Shown here: in pieces, positions 57,862 to 64,000 of the stretch
Layout of the letters: the number at the start of each line of letters is the position of its first letter
Numbering within the stretch: position 1 is the stretch's first letter
DNA from: Candidatus Latescibacterota bacterium
GTDB lineage: Bacteria; Latescibacterota; UBA2968; GCA-2709665
Assembly: GCA_965205485.1 (NCBI GenBank)
Contig: OZ242180.1
Span: forward strand, 3,968,001-4,032,000
Length of the DNA stretch: 64,000 nt
Direction of reading: 5' to 3'
Program-made: the position numbers and the translations under genes
Notes under the pieces: generated by a model
The model's input: the letters and a program-made list of their open reading frames with translations, nothing else
Told to the model about the DNA's origin: nothing
Database searches by the model: none

Positions 57862-58791
57862 ATGAGCCGGCTGGAAGGACGATTCGCCGCGGGGCAGATC
57901 ACCGGCGACCGGGATTACCAGGAGGACGACTACGGCCTGATCGAGGGCGGTGGTCCCGGCGCCGCCGACGTGTTGCTGCTCGCCGATGGGATGGGGGGGC
58001 ACGTCAGCGGCGAAACGGCCAGCCGAATGGTTGTTGAGGCGTTCGTCGAGACGTATAACCGAACGGACGGTCAGATCGCGGACCGGTTGCGCGCCTGTCT
58101 CTACGCGGCCAACGATGCCATTGCGGATGCGACGAGCAGGAACCCGGAGTTGGCCGGCATGGGTGCCACCGTGGCCGCAGCCGTGGTGTCTCAACGCGGA
58201 CTGGAGTGGATCAGCGTGGGAGATTCTCCCCTGTGGTTGTTCCAGGACAGCTGCTTGCATCGCCTCAATGCGGATCACTCCATGGCGCCTGTGCTGGCAA
58301 ACCTGGTTAAGGTGGGGCGCATGACCGCGAAACAGGCGGAAATGGACGCCAATCGGCACGCCCTTCGGTCCGCGGTGACGGGCGAAGAAATCCACCTGAT
58401 CGATGTCTCCTCCCGGCCGGTTGCGGTGCGGAAGGGCGACCGTGTACTGTTGGCCAGCGATGGATTGATGACGCTGAAGGAGAAGAAGATCGCACGCATA
58501 TTGCGTGAAATGAACGATGCGCCACAGCATGACGTGGTCAGCTCACTCCTGGATGCTGTGGAAGCGGCCGGCGATCCTTACCAGGACAACACAACCGTAT
58601 TGCTGTACGCACCGGAATCCGATAGCGGGGAAGATATGACTCCGGAAGATGCTACCGTCGACGATGACGACCTCGACGGCGCGACCCGGGTGTCACGGCG
58701 CGGAAGCGGCCTGCCGGGGCTCTGGTCAGCGATCGTGGAAAGGCTCACCACGTCAATGCGGCGATCAAAGCCGGTCGACGCAGGCGAATAG
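57862..58791 (+). CDS. PP2C-family Ser/Thr phosphatase
   Basis: R.YQED, LADGMGGH, MGAT, VGDS, LASDGL, QDNTT; GGAGG RBS. Confidence 0.93.
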   Translation: MSRLEGRFAAGQITGDRDYQEDDYGLIEGGGPGAADVLLLADGMGGHVSGETASRMVVEAFVETYNRTDGQIADRLRACLYAANDAIADATSRNPELAGMGATVAAAVVSQRGLEWISVGDSPLWLFQDSCLHRLNADHSMAPVLANLVKVGRMTAKQAEMDANRHALRSAVTGEEIHLIDVSSRPVAVRKGDRVLLASDGLMTLKEKKIARILREMNDAPQHDVVSSLLDAVEAAGDPYQDNTTVLLYAPESDSGEDMTPEDATVDDDDLDGATRVSRRGSGLPGLWSAIVERLTTSMRRSKPVDAGE

Positions 58792-58903
58792 ACCGGGGCA
58801 GACCCATCTTCCCGAATCTGACGACAGTGCCCTGAATCCTGTTCAACCTGTCTATTCATGTGATTTCTTGCTCTTTCATTACATCCAGTTGCCAAGAATC
58901 CGC

Positions 58904-58948
58904 TTGACAAGACAGATATTTGTCTGTTATTTTTGTCCGTAGACAGAT
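58904..58948 (+). promoter_or_regulatory. lexA promoter with palindrome AGACA-N6-TGTCT (candidate SOS box)
   Basis: TTGACA 58904-58909, palindrome 58910-58925 in the spacer, TGn-TATTTT, extra half-sites TGTCC 58934 and AGACAGAT 58941. Confidence 0.65.
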
Positions 58949-58992
58949 CTCATCACAAACACATTTTCACGGCATGAATTCAGGGTTGAAAT

Positions 58993-59610
58993 ATGGCCTA
59001 CACACCGCCCGGACAGACGCGCGATAAGATCTTTGAGTTTGTACGGGAGAGGATTCTCAACGGCACGCCGCCCAGCACACGCGAAGTCCAGAAGGCGTTC
59101 GGATTCCGTGCGGTGCAGTCGGCCCGACAGCATCTGGAAGCGCTTGTACTCGAGGGCAGACTGGTCAAGGAGTCCGGAAAGGCGAGGTCGCACCGTCTGC
59201 CGAAGATGGGCAGCGGGCATTCCTCTCACCTGATACCCATGTTGGGCCGCGTCCAGGCCGGGAACCTGACCGCGGCCATTCAGAATCCGGATGACTACCT
59301 CCCGGTCCAGCAGACCCGGTACGACGGCGCGGAACTCTTCGCCCTCACGATTCAGGGAGACAGTATGCTCAGGGCGGGCATCCTGCACGGCGATACCGTG
59401 ATTGTTCGACGTCAGCAGGCTGCCAGGCCGGGAGACATCGTCGTTGCCATGGTCGGCGAGGAGGCGACAGTCAAGAGATACCGGGAGAAAAACGGCCGCA
59501 TTGAACTTTACCCTGAAAACGACGCCTTCGAATCCATCATTCCTCGCGAAGACGGCGAGACGTTTTCGATCCTGGGTAAGGTGATCGAGGTTCGGAGATA
59601 TATCGAGTAA
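58993..59610 (+). CDS. lexA: LexA repressor
   Basis: PPSTRE HTH, QAG cleavage site, GDSM catalytic Ser, ATVK catalytic Lys, L.PEN. Confidence 0.93.
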   Translation: MAYTPPGQTRDKIFEFVRERILNGTPPSTREVQKAFGFRAVQSARQHLEALVLEGRLVKESGKARSHRLPKMGSGHSSHLIPMLGRVQAGNLTAAIQNPDDYLPVQQTRYDGAELFALTIQGDSMLRAGILHGDTVIVRRQQAARPGDIVVAMVGEEATVKRYREKNGRIELYPENDAFESIIPREDGETFSILGKVIEVRRYIE

Positions 59611-59738
59611 AACATGATATATTTGTTGTAGAGAACTGCAGTACAGTAAATTACTTCATGTAAGATTTGATTTCAATGTAGCGTCCGCGGAGACTTTGTC
59701 AGGAAACCTCAATTGCAGTCTTAAGAACAGGAGTGGTC

Positions 59739-61652
59739 ATGGCATCCGTCAGACGCTACCCCATACCGCACAGCAGACTGCCCTTCATCAATGCCGAGGT
59801 GGCGCAGGTCTCGTTCCAAGGAGCCGACCATCTGGTCAGCAGCATCTGGGGAGGGAGTTCGGGGGGCAGGATCTACTTCTGGAATCCGGACTCCGGATCA
59901 AAAGGTTTTCGTGTTCTGCCGGACGGAATACCTGGCGCCTACATGTTGAGAACCGCCGCAGACGGTTGCCTCTATCTGGGCTGCGGAAACGGTGACCTGA
60001 TCCGGTACGATCCTCTTGCCGATCGATTCGAAATCCTGGTAACCGGCGAATTGAAATCCATCACGTGGGGCGGCTGCGTGACGGACCGGTACGCGGTCTG
60101 GGAGGCATCCCCGGGCGACGTGGCGGTGTTCGACTGGCGCGAGTCCAGGCTGGTGAAGGTTTTCCGACCCGTCGACACGGAATACCCGACCGCGCTATAT
60201 GGCCACAACGTCAAGGAGGCGCCGGACGGCCGTGTCCTTCTTGCCATCGACGTGCCGCAGGCACGATTTGTAATGCTGAACCTGGACACGATGACTGCGG
60301 AATCCCACACACCTGCGAACATCCGGGGCGTGGGTTCCACGACAGACGCTTTTTTCTGGGACGACGAGACGCTTGCGGCATTTGTGGGCGGCGAACTCCA
60401 TTTCATGGCGTATCCGGGCTTTGAATTAACGCAGCGGATCCCGCGTACCGGACGCGGGAGTCCGGGAGGAAAGGCCTGTGTCGTGGACGGCCGTCTTTAT
60501 GCGCACAACGCTGCTGACAACGCCCTTCATGTACTGGACCGAGCGGCTGAAGTGTGGGAGGTCGCCGCGCCCGAGTGGTCGGGTGGGGAACCGGTAACGT
60601 TACATCCGTGGGGCGACGCCGACGTGTGCGGTGTGACCCTGTCCGGCGTGGCGCTTCGATACGATACACGCGCGAGGCGGACGGACCGCATCGACCTCGA
60701 ATCCTCCGGTCCCATGACGGCGCATGCCTTGTGCCCGGTCCCGGACAGAAAGATCATCGTTGGCGCGCCGTTCATCAACCAGCGGTTCTGGGTCATCGAC
60801 ATGGAAACCGGAGACGGCGAGGACTGCGGCCGGGCGGCGCCGGGCGGCGGGCAGATCAACCAGATCATCTGGGAACCGATCACCCGGCGGGTTCTGCAGA
60901 GCAGCTACACGACGTCCAGTGTGACTGCATTCGATCCCGAAGCAAAGCCGGACTGGCCCGACAACCCGCGGGTGCTGGCCAGCGCGCAGCATGAAGGCCA
61001 GATGAGACCCACGGGCCTGGTGCACGACGGCCGGTACGTGTGGATGGCCACCAGCCCCGAATACGGGCATCTGGGCGGCGCGCTCAGCCGCATCGATCCA
61101 GAGACCGGCGATATCCTGGTCTGGCGCCATCTCGTGCGCGACCAGAAGGTAAACTCCGTGCAGGTCGATCCAAACCGCCGCCGGGTCTACTGCGGAACTG
61201 AAATCTTCGCGGACGCAAACTCCGCGCCGCCCACTCAGACCACCGGCCGCCTCGTGGCATTCGATACGGACAGTCTGACGGTCGATCGTTCTCAGGCCAT
61301 TCAAGACGGCGAGAGCGCTGCCAGGGTGCTGGTCGTCCTGGCGTCGGGGGAGGTACTGGCGTCGCAGCGCGGTCAATTCTACGCGTGGAATGCGCAGGAA
61401 GGCGACCTGCGCGATCTGGGGCCGATGCCACCGGGGTGTCGCGAGGTGGTTCGCGATGAGCCCACCGGACGGCTTTGGACGTCTGCGCAGGATGGGGTCG
61501 GCCAACTGGAAGTCCGCGACGGGCACGTTGAATTCGTGCCCCGGATCGAAGATAAGGGAGAACACCTGCGGATCGTAGACCGCACGCTTTATTTTGCCGC
61601 CGGATGCGAGATTATCCAGGTGGACCTCCGAGACGATGACAGTTTACGGTAG
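59739..61652 (+). CDS. Beta-propeller (WD40/YVTN-like) repeat protein
   Basis: Repeated ..W/YDP motifs, Q.RP, PEYG.LGGAL; AGGAG RBS; no signal peptide. Confidence 0.7.
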   Translation: MASVRRYPIPHSRLPFINAEVAQVSFQGADHLVSSIWGGSSGGRIYFWNPDSGSKGFRVLPDGIPGAYMLRTAADGCLYLGCGNGDLIRYDPLADRFEILVTGELKSITWGGCVTDRYAVWEASPGDVAVFDWRESRLVKVFRPVDTEYPTALYGHNVKEAPDGRVLLAIDVPQARFVMLNLDTMTAESHTPANIRGVGSTTDAFFWDDETLAAFVGGELHFMAYPGFELTQRIPRTGRGSPGGKACVVDGRLYAHNAADNALHVLDRAAEVWEVAAPEWSGGEPVTLHPWGDADVCGVTLSGVALRYDTRARRTDRIDLESSGPMTAHALCPVPDRKIIVGAPFINQRFWVIDMETGDGEDCGRAAPGGGQINQIIWEPITRRVLQSSYTTSSVTAFDPEAKPDWPDNPRVLASAQHEGQMRPTGLVHDGRYVWMATSPEYGHLGGALSRIDPETGDILVWRHLVRDQKVNSVQVDPNRRRVYCGTEIFADANSAPPTQTTGRLVAFDTDSLTVDRSQAIQDGESAARVLVVLASGEVLASQRGQFYAWNAQEGDLRDLGPMPPGCREVVRDEPTGRLWTSAQDGVGQLEVRDGHVEFVPRIEDKGEHLRIVDRTLYFAAGCEIIQVDLRDDDSLR

Positions 61653-61840
61653 AAGACTTGCGAAGTGGCGTGCAGGTGCGTATATTTGATGGTCGTAACC
61701 CATGTTCGCACCCGTGCAACGAGCGCTTCTCTGTGATTGAGGCCGTGAAGTCACCCCCGGGTCAGCGGCACGGCCGGACGGCGGAATTCGAAGACCCGTC
61801 TCGGGCGCCCGTATCGAAGAATGGAAGAGGGGTTTCGTCA

Positions 61841-62278
61841 ATGGCAGTAGAGCAGGTAATGCCTTCAGATGCAAAGGCGGGGCTGGACGCCGATGCCGGC
61901 GCGGTATACCTGGACGTGCGTACCGAAGCCGAATTCGCCGCGGGCCACCCCGAAGGCGCCGTCAATATTCCGGTCGCCTTCCAGAGCCCTGCCGGCGGCA
62001 TGATGCCCAATCCCGATTTTCAGGACGTGGCGGAGCGCGTGCTGAACCGTGAGACGCAGATCTACTGCGGCTGCCAGTCGGGTGTGCGTTCACAGTACGC
62101 GGCGGAGATGTTGGAAAAGGCCGGGTATTCGAACGTTGCGAACGTTGCCGGCGGCTTCGGCGGCAAGGTCAATCCCGGAACCGGCATGGTGGAGGTCGCC
62201 GGATGGCGGGATTCGGGATTGCCGGTATCGACAAAGGTCACGCAACAGAATTCCTACGATGGACAGAAAGGATGCTGA
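61841..62278 (+). CDS. Rhodanese-like domain protein
   Basis: YLDVRT.AEF.AGHP.GA.NIP, CQSGVRS, GG...W. Confidence 0.92.
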   Translation: MAVEQVMPSDAKAGLDADAGAVYLDVRTEAEFAAGHPEGAVNIPVAFQSPAGGMMPNPDFQDVAERVLNRETQIYCGCQSGVRSQYAAEMLEKAGYSNVANVAGGFGGKVNPGTGMVEVAGWRDSGLPVSTKVTQQNSYDGQKGC

Positions 62279-62603
62279 GCCCGCAAGTACGTTTCGGAAT
62301 GTCCGGGTTGCGTCGCCAACGGGGCGCATCCGGTGTTCACCGCGGGAATGGGCCGTTCCATCCCGGGAATTTGGCTTCGTAGGGCGGAATCGGAGCGGTT
62401 CGGATGCTGCAGACGACGTAACTTGGGTCCATACCAGGATGCGCAAACGCGCATCCCTTTTTGTTTACTGACTTCGTCCACCTCGGCCGCTTTCGTTCCT
62501 GGCTTGCGATGTCTGCGAGTCCGGTACATACTGGCAGGGACCCGGCGGGTGCTGGTGAATCGGGGCAGGTGCGGCGGTCGCCGCCGGGAAGGGGCAGTCT
62601 GCG

Positions 62604-63467
62604 TTGGACATCGATTATGACGCGCCAGCGGTTCGGGCGACGGATTTGACCAAGGTCTTCCGGGTGCCCGACAACGAATCCAACAGGTCGAACGGATTCC
62701 TGGACCGATTCAGACGGCGCCGCAGAGAGATCCTGGCCGTCGACCGGGTCGGGTTCGAGGTGAAGCGAGGCGAGATCTTCGGGATTCTGGGTCCGAATGG
62801 CTCAGGTAAGTCAACGCTGATTCGGATCCTCTCGACCCTCGTCTTTCCGGACAGTGGCGAGGCCCATGTATTCGGGCTGCACGTTGAACGGGATGCGATG
62901 CGGGTGAGGCGCTGCATTAACAGGGTGTCCGTCGATGCGGCATTCTTCAAAAAACTGTCGGCGTGGGAAAATCTGAGTTACGCGGCCCGGTTGTACGGCG
63001 TTCCCGTCCGTGAAGGCCGTCGACGAGCCAGGTCGATTCTTGCGGAACTGGGCTTTGGCGCAGACCGGGTGGACCAGCCGGTGGAGGACCTGTCACGCGG
63101 GATGCAGCAGAAGGTGGCCGTCGCCCGCGCGCTCTTGACGTCACCGGTTCTGCTGCTGATGGATGAGCCGACGACGGGACTTGACCCGGTGTCAAAACGA
63201 CAGGTGCAGGATTACGTGATGGGAATTCGAGAGCGCCACGAAGCGACCGTTCTCTTGACAACGCACGACATGGACGAGGCGGAACGGGTGTGCAACCGGG
63301 TCTCGATCATCCATCATGGGAAATTCATCGCCATGGGTACGGTCGACGAGCTCAAGGTCCGCGCCGGATGCGTGGGGGGGAGTCTGGAGGATGTGTTTTT
63401 CAAGATGACGGGAATGGATCTTGCCCATGCCGATCTGGAAGGCGAGGCGGAAGGAGACGGAGAATGA
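62604..63467 (+). CDS. ABC-2-type transporter ATP-binding protein
   Basis: GPNGSGKST, LSRGMQQK, DEPTTGLD, TTHDMDEA. Confidence 0.93.
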   Translation: MDIDYDAPAVRATDLTKVFRVPDNESNRSNGFLDRFRRRRREILAVDRVGFEVKRGEIFGILGPNGSGKSTLIRILSTLVFPDSGEAHVFGLHVERDAMRVRRCINRVSVDAAFFKKLSAWENLSYAARLYGVPVREGRRRARSILAELGFGADRVDQPVEDLSRGMQQKVAVARALLTSPVLLLMDEPTTGLDPVSKRQVQDYVMGIRERHEATVLLTTHDMDEAERVCNRVSIIHHGKFIAMGTVDELKVRAGCVGGSLEDVFFKMTGMDLAHADLEGEAEGDGE

Positions 63468-64000
63468 ACCCGTTGACCGCCGAGATCAAGGCGTCGGTCG
63501 CGTTTATCGAGCGGAATTTCAATCTCGCGAGGCGATACGCGAGCTGGGAACTGATTTTTGTTGTCTGGAACGTGGTACACGCGTTGACGATCGGGTTGAT
63601 CGGCGTGTATATGGGGGGAGACGACCCCGAGAAGGTGAGGGAGGCGGTTCTCTTCCTGATCGTTGGCGCCGTACTTTGGAACTTCCTGCGACTTCTGTTC
63701 TTCGAAGTCGCAGACGCCGTCGCCTGGGAGCGCTGGGAAGGGACCATCGAATATACGTTTATGTCTCCGGTATACAGGCTGACGCATCTCGCCGGTCAAT
63801 GCATATATGCGATCATATACGGTTTTCTCAGGTCCGGCATCGTCCTCGTTTCAGCCGTTTTTTTCTTCGATCTGAGCCTGTCGGACGCGAATCTGACCAC
63901 GGCGGTCGCCGTTTTGGCCACGGCCAGTCTCTCGTTCCTGGGTATGGGGCTGATGGCCGCCGTGTTTCCGCTACTTTCGCCGGAGAAAGGTGCACGGGCG
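63464..64000 (+). CDS. ABC-2-type permease (truncated at window end)
   Basis: Own translation MNPLTAEIKASVAFIERNFNLARRY...WERWEGTIEYTFMSPV; ATGA overlap with the ATPase gene. Confidence 0.88.
   Translation, partial: MNPLTAEIKASVAFIERNFNLARRYASWELIFVVWNVVHALTIGLIGVYMGGDDPEKVREAVLFLIVGAVLWNFLRLLFFEVADAVAWERWEGTIEYTFMSPVYRLTHLAGQCIYAIIYGFLRSGIVLVSAVFFFDLSLSDANLTTAVAVLATASLSFLGMGLMAAVFPLLSPEKGARA

Noticed and set aside
55362..58791. Type VI secretion locus (PpkA/PppA-like pair)
   Set aside because: No tss, hcp, vgrG or fha genes nearby
51159..59700. tRNA-anchored genomic island or prophage
   Set aside because: No integrase and no duplicated tRNA 3' end found in the window

Overview
GC-rich bacterial chromosomal window with about 55 CDS and 3 tRNAs (Arg-CCG, Pro-GGG, Pro-CGG). 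No CRISPR array, prophage, integrase or transposase gene was seen. Gene content suggests an FCB-superphylum candidate lineage such as Latescibacterota/Gemmatimonadota (inference from the dockerin/EF-hand-tailed secreted protease, HU + bS22-like peptide, HprK and many enolase/sulfatase/Gfo-Idh-MocA genes). Main blocks: (1) a 10-kb metal-uptake locus with two distinct Feo systems (one intact FeoB, one split FeoB), three DtxR/MntR-family proteins and two different palindromic operators; (2) envelope and housekeeping genes; (3) a co-directional sugar/amino-sugar enzyme cluster; (4) an mlaEFD operon followed by two paralogous FG-GAP-like proteins, one with a tetraheme c-type cytochrome tail; (5) a Ser/Thr kinase-FGE/CLec protein plus PP2C, whose 3' end resembles a DGR variable region; (6) a LexA with a non-canonical palindrome in its promoter. 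Four copies of a non-autonomous MITE occur (20-bp TIRs, TNA target duplications) with a modular, partly inverted interior.
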